This document shows positions 39,261 through 48,254 of a stretch of DNA of 64,000 nt, piece after piece. The stretch comes from Solirubrobacteraceae bacterium. Lineage in GTDB: Bacteria > Actinomycetota > Thermoleophilia > Solirubrobacterales > Solirubrobacteraceae. The position numbers were made by a program, and so were the translations under genes. Numbering within the stretch: the first letter of the stretch is position 1; each line of letters begins with the position of its first letter. The notes beneath the pieces are model-generated. The model saw nothing but the letters and a program-made list of their open reading frames with translations. It was not told where the DNA came from and did no database searches. Location: contig JBKQHH010000086.1 in assembly GCA_052148875.1 (NCBI GenBank), positions 1,367 to 65,366 of the forward strand. The letters run 5' to 3'.

Positions 39261-39914
39261 GTGTATCCAACTGGCCGCTTCCGTGATCGCGAGGAGTCGC
39301 GGTTCTACCAAGCTCGGGGTCTCTCGCCGGAGGAGACCTGGCAGGCTCTCGGTGATGAGCTCGCCCGCGTGCTGAGCGATGCGCAACGGGCGTTCTGGCG
39401 CGCTCCGCTACACGTCGATCCCGAGCGCATCCGCTGGTGGCATGGAGCGATCTTCGCCCGCCATTTCCCACATGACGGTGGGCGCTTCCGCCAAGAGCGC
39501 GCGTACTTCGGAGCGGTGACCGCGGATGGCGGTATGCGCCAGATCGAGGGAAGCTCGCCCGACACTTTGCGCCGGGACCTCGCGGAGGTCTGCGTCTCGT
39601 TCAACAGCAACGTTGAGCGACTCGGGAAGCAGAACGCCGGTGTTCTGGAGCAGACCCGTATCGCGGGCGCTATGTATGCGGGCATACTACGTGTGCATCC
39701 CTTTGCTGACGGGAACCACCGCACGGGCTTCGTCGCGCTCTCGGCTGCCCTATGGTCGTTGGGACTGCCCGCCGTTGAATTTGCGCAGGATGCGGATCTG
39801 GCCGACCACGACGATGCTGTCGCGCCGGCGCTCTTCTCGCGCGACGGGGACATCGAGCCATTCGCGCAGCTCCTCGCGACTCGGATCGAGCGCGCGAGAG
39901 GCTCCGTGGCATGA
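39261..39914 (+). CDS. Fic/Doc family protein
   Basis: HPFADGNHRTG motif. Confidence 0.88.
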   Translation: MYPTGRFRDREESRFYQARGLSPEETWQALGDELARVLSDAQRAFWRAPLHVDPERIRWWHGAIFARHFPHDGGRFRQERAYFGAVTADGGMRQIEGSSPDTLRRDLAEVCVSFNSNVERLGKQNAGVLEQTRIAGAMYAGILRVHPFADGNHRTGFVALSAALWSLGLPAVEFAQDADLADHDDAVAPALFSRDGDIEPFAQLLATRIERARGSVA

Positions 39915-40135
39915 GATACCCTGAGGGCATGGAAAATGGCTTGCCTCGCTCGAATGGGAAGCGTGACGTTGCTCAGATCGCGTGCGGGGATCGACTCGTG
40001 GACGCAACCCCCGAGGCCGTCCGCGAGCTGGCCGAGAGTGCGATGTTGCTCTCCCAGGGCGCACGGCGCGCGATTGAGATGAAGCGCGAGGCCGCGGAAG
40101 CCGACGCTCACGCTGTGCCCGCCGCTTCGGACTGA
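39911..40135 (+). CDS. Small hypothetical protein coupled to fic (possible antitoxin)
   Basis: ATGA overlap with fic stop. Confidence 0.5.
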   Translation: MRYPEGMENGLPRSNGKRDVAQIACGDRLVDATPEAVRELAESAMLLSQGARRAIEMKREAAEADAHAVPAASD

Positions 40136-40193
40136 GCCCCGCCGTCTGCTCAGGCATCGTCCATCAATGCGTGGGCAGTCGGCACACGAGCCC

Positions 40194-40346
40194 GCGTACG
40201 CCAACGTTCGCAGCCTGGCGCCGAATCCGCTCAGCAAGCCAAGTTTCGTACCCTTCCAACCAGTATCGCCCATCGTCGGATTTGGCTCTAGGGCAGGGAG
40301 TAGCCGGCATAGAGAGGCTCGCGTGGTAGCAATTTGGTAGCAATCC
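40194..40346 (+). repeat. att-like junction repeat A
   Basis: ~150 bp homologous to 45100-45254; contains tRNA-Val core and GGTAGCAATTTGGTAGCAAT. Confidence 0.85.
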
Positions 40347-40446
40347 TCTGGGCCGTCGGATGTCTCGGAGACTGGCTGGAGCCAGATGGCGTCTTCGTGG
40401 TGCGTCTGGGTCCAAGTGGTCCGGTTTGCGCTCTATCTTCGGACCG

Positions 40447-40820
40447 GTGAGTCGAGGAACGAAGCGGAAGCGGAGAGGTCCGGCTGGGCCGAAGCCTGCG
40501 AGACGCCGCAAACAACCCGCCAGCTCATTGCAGCTGGTCGTTGCCGCCCAGCCCGGTTCTGCGATGACGGTTGCGCCGGAAATCGAGCTGGTCAAGGCGG
40601 CGCTGCTCTACGGGGATCGAGTCACGCTTCTCAGCCCGATTACGACGATGCTCCTCGACGTTGCGGCGCTTGAGCGATTCTCTCCGCTGCAACAGATCGA
40701 CTTGGTGCGACGGGTCGCCCCATACCCGGGTCCGGCTGGTCGTAGCGCCCAGGCCATGAGCGCCGCTGCATTCATGGCACGGCTACCAACGTTTCCGGGT
40801 GCGACGGTCGATGAGGCGCC
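40447..40820 (+). pseudogene. Probable fragment of a hypothetical gene
   Basis: Protein-like segments (ELVKAALLYGDRVTLLSP; LPTFPGATVDE) with abrupt joins and no sensible end. Confidence 0.4.
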
Positions 40821-40876
40821 GAACTCAAGCTGCTACGAGAGTGGCGCGATATCGTTCACGGCCGGGAGCATCTGCA

Positions 40877-41218
40877 ATGAGCGAGATCACCGACAAGACT
40901 GATGAGCTGTTTATGGCGGCGTCGCGAAGCGACGACGATCTCGGCTACCCGGCGGATGTCGCGTTCGTTCCCAGCGATGAGGAGTGGACCGACGACGTTC
41001 TGTGGCGCAACCTGATCGAAGGGCAGGCGACCGTCCTCGTCGGCGAGGACACAGAGCTGCTGCTGGTGCCGTTGCGCCGCGGCGTGATCGACCGACTCAG
41101 GGGCCGTGTGCCCGTCAGCGTCGCGCCCCGAACGCATGGGCACGCCTCGTCCTACGCGACGTTGAGTCGTCTGGGGCGTCACCCGGTGCGCCAGATGCGC
41201 GACCTCGCGCACGCCTGA
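40877..41218 (+). CDS. Hypothetical protein
   Basis: GGGAG RBS, plausible codon usage. Confidence 0.55.
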   Translation: MSEITDKTDELFMAASRSDDDLGYPADVAFVPSDEEWTDDVLWRNLIEGQATVLVGEDTELLLVPLRRGVIDRLRGRVPVSVAPRTHGHASSYATLSRLGRHPVRQMRDLAHA

Positions 41219-41247
41219 CTTGCCGGCAAGCACCTGAGCTAGTGCAG

Positions 41248-41318
41248 CGTTCCCGAAGTGGCTTGTCGATTCGCGGCGCTGTAACGATCGCTCGCACACC
41301 TACTTTTCGCCGAAAGCA
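41248..41318 (+). repeat. Dispersed ~75-bp repeat, copy 2
   Basis: Similar to 30659-30733. Confidence 0.7.
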
Positions 41319-41648
41319 GCGGCGCGCGCGAATCTGCCGCACGGTGCCCTGCCCACGCAGCGAGGCGGGTCCGTCCGGTGTGAGCGCGGGCCTTCGGGGT
41401 CAGCGACAGGCGAGGGTCGAGAGCGGCGAGAACTCGCCGTGAAGCCCACTCCCGGGCCGTGCTGCGTGTTGGACCGGGCGCGATCGGCTACGGCACGGTC
41501 GTCCTGATTCGCGTGAGTCGCGGCGACTCACGCCGGATGGCGCATCCAAGCAGCATTCGACGCGACTCTTGTGCAAGCGAGACACCGCGTTGCGTGGCTG
41601 CTAGCGGAGGCCACAACCGCTGGCGCCAAGTCGTAGTGCACCAGGCGC

Positions 41649-42587
41649 TTGGCTACGCTTCGGCGCGTGGAGCTGCAGCGGCGCATTGCGGAGGGGACGG
41701 GTGAGTTCTTGCTCTTCGCGCTGACGCCACCGCGCCTGACGACCGAGCCGGAGCACGCCCGTCAGATCGCCGCGAAGACGCTCGAGCGCCTGCGCCCCGT
41801 GGGCATCGACGGCCTCGTGCTCTACGACATTGATGACGAGAGCGACCGCAATCCCGAGGAACGGCCCTTTCCGTTCCTGCCCACGATGGACCCCGCCGAC
41901 TACCTCGCTCGCGATCTCGTCGGCTTGGAGGTACCCGCAATCGTGTACCGCGCTGTCAGCAAGTACCCAGAGCAACAGCTTCGGTCGTGGCTCAGCGAAC
42001 AGGCCCCTACCCAGGCGCTGTCGGTGTTCGTCGGTGCGTCGTCCCGTGAAAAGCCGGTCGCGACCTCTCTGCCGCGGGCCTACGAACTACGGAGTGAGGT
42101 GCGCCCGGATCTCCTGCTCGGAGGTGTGGCGATCCCAGAGCGCCACGCGCGCGGAGGCACGGAGCACCTCCGTCTGCTTGCGAAGCAGGCTGCAGGTTGC
42201 TCGTTCTTTGTCACCCAGATCGTCTATGACGTCAACGCCGCGAAGGACCTGGTCTCCGACTATCACTACGAGTGCGCCGCTCGTGGTCTCAGGCCGGCGC
42301 CGATCGTCTTTACGTTCTCGGTCTGCGGGTCGGTGAAGACACTGGAGTTCGTTCAGTGGCTCGGTGTCGATGTGCCGCGCTGGATCGAGAACGAGCTGCG
42401 CCACGCGGAGGACACCCTAGAAGCGTCCTACGACCAAGCCGTCGCTACGGCCGTCGAGCTGATCGCATTCTGCCGGCGCGTCGGCGTCCCATTCGGGGTC
42501 AGCGTCGAGAGCGTCTCAATCCGCCAAGTCGAGATCGACGCCTCCGTCCGCCTCGCAACCCGGCTACAGGCAGAGCTACGTCGCTAA
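41649..42587 (+). CDS. Methylenetetrahydrofolate reductase-like protein (Rv2172c-like)
   Basis: TPPR, YDIDDESDRNPEERPFPF, GGVAIPERH, KQAAGCSFFVTQIVYD, WLGV, VESVSIR. Confidence 0.8.
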   Translation: MATLRRVELQRRIAEGTGEFLLFALTPPRLTTEPEHARQIAAKTLERLRPVGIDGLVLYDIDDESDRNPEERPFPFLPTMDPADYLARDLVGLEVPAIVYRAVSKYPEQQLRSWLSEQAPTQALSVFVGASSREKPVATSLPRAYELRSEVRPDLLLGGVAIPERHARGGTEHLRLLAKQAAGCSFFVTQIVYDVNAAKDLVSDYHYECAARGLRPAPIVFTFSVCGSVKTLEFVQWLGVDVPRWIENELRHAEDTLEASYDQAVATAVELIAFCRRVGVPFGVSVESVSIRQVEIDASVRLATRLQAELRR

Positions 42588-42742
42588 TCCGCACCACCCG
42601 CATCGCAGGTGGGGCAAGCCACCCGGCCACACCGCGCTGTTCCGCGGCAACGAGGCGCGACGCACGTCGCAAACCCGCTGCCGCCTCGGACGAACAGGAG
42701 GCGCGCGAGCGATCGTCACCAGCGCCACGAATCGCGCGGGCT

Positions 42743-42867
42743 TGGTAGCAATTTTGGTAGCAATTTGAGCGAACCTGAGCCGATCCGAGAGCGCTAAACC
42801 CCACTAAAACCAGGCTATCTGGCCGTACCTGGACGACAGAGGCGAGTTCGAGCCCAGTATCGCCCAT
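42743..42867 (+). repeat. attR-like junction repeat D
   Basis: TGGTAGCAATTTTGGTAGCAAT at 42743 then a 22-bp exact copy of the tRNA-Val 3' end (42846-42867 = 39146-39167). Confidence 0.88.
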
Positions 42868-43040
42868 TGGCGCCGAAAGGAAGGCGCCGGACTCCAGCCC
42901 TTCTGAGAAGCGATCCGACTTGCTCGCAGCACGGTGGCTTTGACGCGAGTGCCGCGAGACGGTGGCGGCGTCAACAGGGCGCCCGCAGGACCTTCGATGC
43001 TGCCTCATGAGAGGATCTGCGGCGTTGTGAGGTACGTACG

Positions 43041-44156
43041 TTGAGCGGATCGTCAAGCGTGGGGGCGCCGGTCGTCGTCTACGGGGCGAGCGGCTACACC
43101 GGCAGGCTACTGTGCGCGGCGCTCGCCGCCCGGGGACTGCCCACGGTGCTCGCGGGCCGCAATGCCTCGCGGCTGCAGGCGGCAGCCCGTGCACTCGGGG
43201 ACGCAGCCGCGGGCGTCCAGGTGGCGCCGCTCGAGGAGCGTGCGCTGCTGCGCCGCGCGCTCGAGGGCGCTCGCGTGGTGGCCAACTGCGCCGGGCCGTT
43301 CGTGGTGACCGGCGAGCCGGTCCTGCACGCTGCGATCGAGGCCGGCTGCCACTACCTGGACACGACCGGAGAACAGCCGTGGATCGCACGCGTCTTCGAG
43401 GACTTCGACGAGCAGCTGCATCGGGCGGGAGTCGCGGCTGTGGCGGGGATGGGCTTCGACTATGTGCCCGGCGACCTGCTCTGCCACCTCGTCGGCGAGC
43501 GCCGCCAGCCGCTGGATGACCTGCTCGTCGCCTACCACCTGGTCGGCTTCGGCATGACACGCGGCACGATGCGCTCGTCGCTGGAGATGCTCAAAGGCGG
43601 CGACGTAACCTACCGCGACGACCGCTGGGTGCCGGCCGGCTTCGGACCGCGGCGCGCGTTCGTGGACTTCCCGTCGCCGATCGGCCGGCGCCAGATCGGC
43701 AAGTACCCTTCAGGGGAGATCGTCACCGTTCCCCACCATCTGCAGGTGCGCAACGTGCGTGCGGGGATCACCGTCGACTCGCTGCTGCCGCGACGGGTCT
43801 CCTGGGTGCTGCCGCCAACGCTGCCGGCGGTTGCGCTGGCCATGCGCTCGCCGCTGGCGAGCGTGCTCGACCGTGCCATCGGGCTGCTGCCCGAGGGCCC
43901 GCCTGAGGAGAAGCGGCGCGCGGTCAGCTGGACGATCCTGGCACAGGCGCAGGGCCGCGACGGCACCCGTGCGAGCGGGATCGCGCGCGGCTCGGACGTA
44001 TATGGGCTGACGGCCGAGACGATGGCCGCGGGCATCGAGCGCATGGCTGCCGACGACTTCGCGCGCACCGGCGCGCACGCGCCAGCATCCGCCTTTGACG
44101 CCGCCGAGCTGCTCGACTCGCTGGCGGGCACAGGGGTCAGCTGGGAGGTCTCCTGA
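43041..44156 (+). CDS. Saccharopine dehydrogenase-like NAD(P)-binding oxidoreductase
   Basis: YGASGYTG, AGRN, NCAGPF, HYLDTTGE, GFDYVPGD. Confidence 0.9.
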   Translation: MSGSSSVGAPVVVYGASGYTGRLLCAALAARGLPTVLAGRNASRLQAAARALGDAAAGVQVAPLEERALLRRALEGARVVANCAGPFVVTGEPVLHAAIEAGCHYLDTTGEQPWIARVFEDFDEQLHRAGVAAVAGMGFDYVPGDLLCHLVGERRQPLDDLLVAYHLVGFGMTRGTMRSSLEMLKGGDVTYRDDRWVPAGFGPRRAFVDFPSPIGRRQIGKYPSGEIVTVPHHLQVRNVRAGITVDSLLPRRVSWVLPPTLPAVALAMRSPLASVLDRAIGLLPEGPPEEKRRAVSWTILAQAQGRDGTRASGIARGSDVYGLTAETMAAGIERMAADDFARTGAHAPASAFDAAELLDSLAGTGVSWEVS

Positions 44157-44241
44157 CGCGCGTCTTCATCACCGGCGCTGAGGGTTCATCGGCGGCGCCC
44201 TGGTGCAGCGCCTGCGCGCCGAGGGCGCAGAGGTCCGGGGC
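44157..44241 (+). pseudogene. N-terminal fragment of an NAD-dependent epimerase, frameshifted and truncated
   Basis: RVFITGA/GFIGGALVQRLRAEGAEVRG ends at repeat C. Confidence 0.6.
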
Positions 44242-44277
44242 GCCAAGTTTCGCACCCTTCCAACCAGTATCGCCCAT
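44242..44277 (+). repeat. att-like junction repeat C (partial)
   Basis: GCCAAGTTTCGCACCCTTCCAACCAGTATCGCCCAT, 35/36 identical to 40238-40273. Confidence 0.85.
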
Positions 44278-44305
44278 GCCAGCGCGGCTACTTCGCGTGG
44301 AGGAG

Positions 44306-44746
44306 CTAATCCAGAGCGATGGGCGTGACGCTCAGGCCGGGGATGCGCTCGAAATGGCGGGTGTTGGCGGTTCCGACGCGCCAGCCGACGGATACTGCCG
44401 TCGCGGCGACGATCCGATCGTGTGCTCCGACATCGGTGCCGGATGCTGCGAGGCTGGCCCACATTCTGGCGTGCGTTCGAGCGGCGAGCAGGTCGAATGG
44501 GAGGCAAGGGAACGCGGCAAGTACTGCCTCTACGAAAGCCTCGCGCCGTGCCCGGTGCTCATCGCTAGCTCTGTGTACACCGTGCAGAAGCTCGGATGCT
44601 GTGATCGATGCGACTGCCACCTCGTCGTTTGCACCAAGATGCTCCTCGAGACGCATGCTCACGGTTTGCATCGCGTGTTCTGCTGCAGTTCCGCGTGTCG
44701 CGCGCTCGAACGCGATGAAGACGGTGGTGTCTAGGACGGTGCCCAC
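44306..44746 (-). CDS. vapC: VapC PIN-domain toxin
   Basis: LDTTVFI, SITASELLHG, HDRIVAATA, TANTRHF. Confidence 0.92.
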   Translation of the reverse strand: MGTVLDTTVFIAFERATRGTAAEHAMQTVSMRLEEHLGANDEVAVASITASELLHGVHRASDEHRARREAFVEAVLAAFPCLPFDLLAARTHARMWASLAASGTDVGAHDRIVAATAVSVGWRVGTANTRHFERIPGLSVTPIALD

Positions 44747-45015
44747 GGGTCCGCCGGTGCTCGCCCAACGTCCCTGAGTACTGCTTCCATGTCGGTTCCA
44801 AACTCGGGGTCCGGTGGGGCGGCTTGTGCCAGAAGAGCGAGTGCGTCGCGCAAAGGGCGTCCGCGACGCGAAGGCACAACTTGTCCGTGATCGTCGGGGT
44901 GCATGATCACGAACGCTGGTCGCTCCCTGTTCATCACCACGACCTTCTCGTGGTGGGCAACTGCCTCGCGCGCGCGTCGGGGGATGCGCACCTCGTCCGC
45001 TTTGATCGTCGTCAT
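44731..45015 (-). CDS. vapB: Antitoxin (Phd-like) of the VapBC pair
   Basis: EKVVVMNRERPAFVIM; C-terminal ADPWAP; overlaps vapC. Confidence 0.75.
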   Translation of the reverse strand: MTTIKADEVRIPRRAREAVAHHEKVVVMNRERPAFVIMHPDDHGQVVPSRRGRPLRDALALLAQAAPPDPEFGTDMEAVLRDVGRAPADPWAPS

Positions 45016-45099
45016 GCGACGAATCCTAGCAAACCAGTCCGAAACTGTACGGATGTGTACGGTACCCCTACCTCGTGGCTCTGAGACCCCCAGCAGGCT

Positions 45100-45254
45100 G
45101 CGTACGCCAGCGTTCGCAGCGTGACGCCGAATCCCGCTCTACCAAGCCAACTTTCGCACCCTTCCAACGAGTATCGCCCATTGGAAGATTTGGCTCTAGA
45201 TCTAGGGATATCCGCCGATTCAATGCGAGCTCGGTAGCAATTTGGTAGCGATCC
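45100..45254 (+). repeat. att-like junction repeat B
   Basis: Homologous to 40194-40346. Confidence 0.85.
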
Positions 45255-45632
45255 CGCGTCGGTGTGGGTCAGCCGCTCCATGAATTGCTCACGCTCCAGA
45301 TCTTGGAGACGGTCCTCGCGCGCCAGGTCCGCAAACAGCGTCGTCAGGTAGGGACCGATGTGCTCGGGCAGGGCAAACAGGTCTGCGCCCTTGGCGATCC
45401 GCACCGTACGAAGCGCGCCGGCCCACGGGTACACCTCGCCGAAGATGTAGCTGTGGGTAGTCCGCAGGTGGGTGAGGTCGTAGTCACCAGGGATGAAGCG
45501 TCGTTCGAGCTGGGCGATGCGAATGGAGCTGAGCGCCGCCTCCTGCTCGGCAAGGTCAGTCGCCTCACGTATCCCGAGGCAATTGCGCAGTATGTCGGTG
45601 CCCGGATAGACGTATGGGTCATCATCGACCAT
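45255..45632 (-). pseudogene. VbhT-like Fic toxin truncated before its catalytic motif
   Basis: DPYVYPGTDILRN, H-x-x-IFGEVYPWAGALRTVRIAKG present; homology ends at ERLTH (~45264), HPFxxGNGR absent. Confidence 0.8.
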
Positions 45633-45665
45633 CGCCGGAACGTATCTGGTGCGCGTGTCGGAGCC

Positions 45666-45860
45666 TTATGCGCGCGCCGGGACGAGCAACTCGGCAAGTG
45701 GCTCGCCGGCGCCGATCCGCCGGGCGGCCTCGTCCAGCTGCGCGTCACTGAGCTCTCCGCAAGCCCAGCGGTCCAGCAGCTCCTCGGCGACGCCGGGATC
45801 GAGACCCTCAACGCGCACGGAGGCGAGCGCGTTTTCGGCCGCCTGTAGACGTGTCGTCAT
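45666..45860 (-). CDS. VbhA-like antitoxin
   Basis: ASVRVEG inhibitory S-x-x-x-E-G motif; directly upstream of fic. Confidence 0.8.
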   Translation of the reverse strand: MTTRLQAAENALASVRVEGLDPGVAEELLDRWACGELSDAQLDEAARRIGAGEPLAELLVPARA

Positions 45861-46054
45861 GGCCCATTCTAGACCCTCGGCTCGCCCTCGTCCTGGCATG
45901 GAACACGCCTGTCGCTGCCGGCCGATCTGGTGCTCGCGCAAGATCAGCCGTCGCCGGCGGGCTCAGGCCATATGACGCTCCTCGGCGTGTTCGGCGCCGC
46001 TCGCGGACAGTTGCCGCAGGGCGTCTGACTCTTCGGCCTTGGGACTCGGCTGAC

Positions 46055-46297
46055 TCAGGCAGCCCGTCGGCGCTGCGCGCGACCGCCGGTCTGTCCGCCG
46101 ACCCTGCTCGATCGCACGATCTTGCCGGCGTCGTTGACGACGCGCACCTCTCCGCCGCCTTCGCGGCGTAGTACGTCGCGGGCTCGTGCGAGTGCCCGCT
46201 CCTTGGTCTCGGCGCGCACGGCACTGCGTCGGTCGCCCTCTCGCAGAACGTCCCATCCTCCCAACGCGTTTCTCCTGACGTCTCGCTTGCTTGTCAT
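46055..46297 (-). CDS. DUF2188 family protein
   Basis: GGWDV...TKERALARAR...GGGEVRVVNDAGKI. Confidence 0.75.
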   Translation of the reverse strand: MTSKRDVRRNALGGWDVLREGDRRSAVRAETKERALARARDVLRREGGGEVRVVNDAGKIVRSSRVGGQTGGRAQRRRAA

Positions 46298-46387
46298 CAG
46301 AACATCTTCTCTCGTCGTCGACTTCGATCACATCGTAGGGAGGGCACCCGACAGCGCCTGGCCGGGACGCTCACCAGCGATCGCCTG

Positions 46388-47209
46388 CTAACGAAGCAGC
46401 GCAAGAAATCGAACGACCGCGTGGAACTTCGCTGCTGGTAGATGCCTGAAGGAAGGCATCGGGTCGCGCGGGTCGTCGAGCGCGCGTGCGATCCCAGGTT
46501 CGGATAGCTCCGCGCCGATGTGGGTCAGGTTCTGCCCAGGTCCACGATTACCGGCATCGCCGATCCGGTGGCACGCCAGACAGCCGGACTGCGCCGCCAC
46601 GTGCATGCCTTGCGTGAACTCTCGCTCCTCGGCGCCCCCGACGCGTCGCACGGCCGGGGGAACCGGGACGAGTTTTGGCGCGACCGGTCTCGGTTCACCG
46701 TACGCGAACAGCAGCTTGCTCGACCCCGGCGCGCAGTCTGTGCGCAGGCACACCGCCGCGAGCGTTGCCGTCGACGACACCCGCCACACGCCCGCCCTCT
46801 CTTCCAGCTGAATCCGCAGCGGGCCAAAGGCCTCGATGCGCACGGTCACGATCCCGCGGCTGCCCGTGCTGAGCTCATAGCTGCCGCTCACCGTGATCGT
46901 CGCGCGAGATCCCGACACATCCAAGTGTTCGACCGTCGGCTTGCCGTATTCGATCACAGTTTCTCGCGAGTCAGTTGGCGCTACGGCCCGAAACACGTTC
47001 GAGGCAGCGCCTTCGCAGGTTTCCCCGACACTGCTCGCGCGAACCATCTTTTCGGCCACGCTCGGCGTGAAGTCTGCGCAAAGCCCTGCCGGGTTGCGTT
47101 CGAGGATCGCGTGGATCGGTGCGACCGCCGCACGGGCGATTGCGGTTCGCTGTGCGCTTCCGCCGCTGGCAGAAGCAAGCAGGCCGAGTCCGATAAGCGG
47201 AAGCGCCAT
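46388..47209 (-). CDS. Secreted protein with C-terminal c-type cytochrome domain (start approximate)
   Basis: Signal peptide; CLACH...GPGQNLTHIG...MPSF. Confidence 0.78.
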   Translation of the reverse strand: MALPLIGLGLLASASGGSAQRTAIARAAVAPIHAILERNPAGLCADFTPSVAEKMVRASSVGETCEGAASNVFRAVAPTDSRETVIEYGKPTVEHLDVSGSRATITVSGSYELSTGSRGIVTVRIEAFGPLRIQLEERAGVWRVSSTATLAAVCLRTDCAPGSSKLLFAYGEPRPVAPKLVPVPPAVRRVGGAEEREFTQGMHVAAQSGCLACHRIGDAGNRGPGQNLTHIGAELSEPGIARALDDPRDPMPSFRHLPAAKFHAVVRFLALLR

Positions 47210-47385
47210 CAGTCGAGAGTGCGCCATACGTGTGCGAAGCCTATCCGTCGAGCTTCCGAACCGAGGCGACTGGCCTGCATCTGAGGTCCGAGGCCGGCGC
47301 CGATCGGTGTTCTCGGCTCGCTGCACAGCATTATCTGTCCAGCGCCTCGCCGCATGGCGAACCAGGCGGTTACAGTCCCCTCGAG

Positions 47386-47931
47386 ATGACGTGGAGCCAA
47401 ACCAGGGGCAGCGTGGCGCTCTTGGCGCTGACGACGATGCTGGCGCTCGGCGGCATGGCGGGCGAGGCCGCAGGGTACACGCCCGGCTGCGGCCAGATCC
47501 CGATCGTCTACGGGATTCCGCCCTGGGGCTTCCACAGCGGCCCTGCGGTCGGCGCAACGGGCAGCTTCGCCCGCGGCCACGGCGACATCGATCTGGAAGC
47601 GAGCACTGTCTCGGGGGTCATCTGCCAGGAACAGCACTTCCCCGACCGGCCCACCCGGGCGATCACGATGACTGTCGAGCACCACCTCGTCTACCACTCT
47701 CACTACGCGATGAGGTGGGGGTACCCCGGGAACATAATGAAGATCGTCGTCCGCGTTCGGGCCAGCGACGATCCGCGGTGCGAGGTGGGAACCGTCGGGC
47801 ACGCGACGCTGTTCGCGAGCTACAACGGCGTCCGCAGCGACAGCGTCCAGTTCTTCTTCCCGGCTGCGTGCAAGGATCAGGACCACCTCTACCACGGAAA
47901 CCAGGTCAACAACCAGGTTCCGCCGCTGTAG
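47386..47931 (+). CDS. Secreted hypothetical protein
   Basis: Signal peptide ending AEAAG-like; four Cys, His-rich. Confidence 0.6.
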   Translation: MTWSQTRGSVALLALTTMLALGGMAGEAAGYTPGCGQIPIVYGIPPWGFHSGPAVGATGSFARGHGDIDLEASTVSGVICQEQHFPDRPTRAITMTVEHHLVYHSHYAMRWGYPGNIMKIVVRVRASDDPRCEVGTVGHATLFASYNGVRSDSVQFFFPAACKDQDHLYHGNQVNNQVPPL

Positions 47932-48254
47932 CATGGCGTTCTGCCGTGCTCGCAAGACGTGGTTGTTCGCGTGGTCGCCGAGTGAGCGAATCTCGGACGC
48001 GCCTACGGCTGAGGGCCCTGGGTCGCATCTGACCTGAGCGTTGCATCTGCGGGAAACTACGGTCGGCCCATCGGCGGTGACCACGGATGCGGCCTGCCCG
48101 GTCGCGAATGTAGCGTCGGCCCAGATGAGGGGGTGCCTACGAGCATGTGTGCGACTGTCCGCCGAGGCGCCCCGGTGCGGGCATCCCGCGGCTCTGACCG
48201 CACGCCCCCTGCTCGTCCATCTGCGTTCGCTGCGGGCCGGGGCGGGAGCGTAGG

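Larger units (their letters stand above)
39146..45860. mobile_element. Tandem array of small integrase-less cassettes at tRNA-Val (right end undefined)
   Basis: tRNA 3'-end core CCAGTATCGCCCAT recurs at 40260, 42854, 44264 and 45168 (one mismatch). Confidence 0.75.

Noticed and set aside
39146-45254. CRISPR array or classical integron attC array
   Set aside because: Spacing is 0.9-2.6 kb, repeats derive from a tRNA end, there are no cas genes or IntI, and no RYYYAAC/GTTRRRY pairs were recognised
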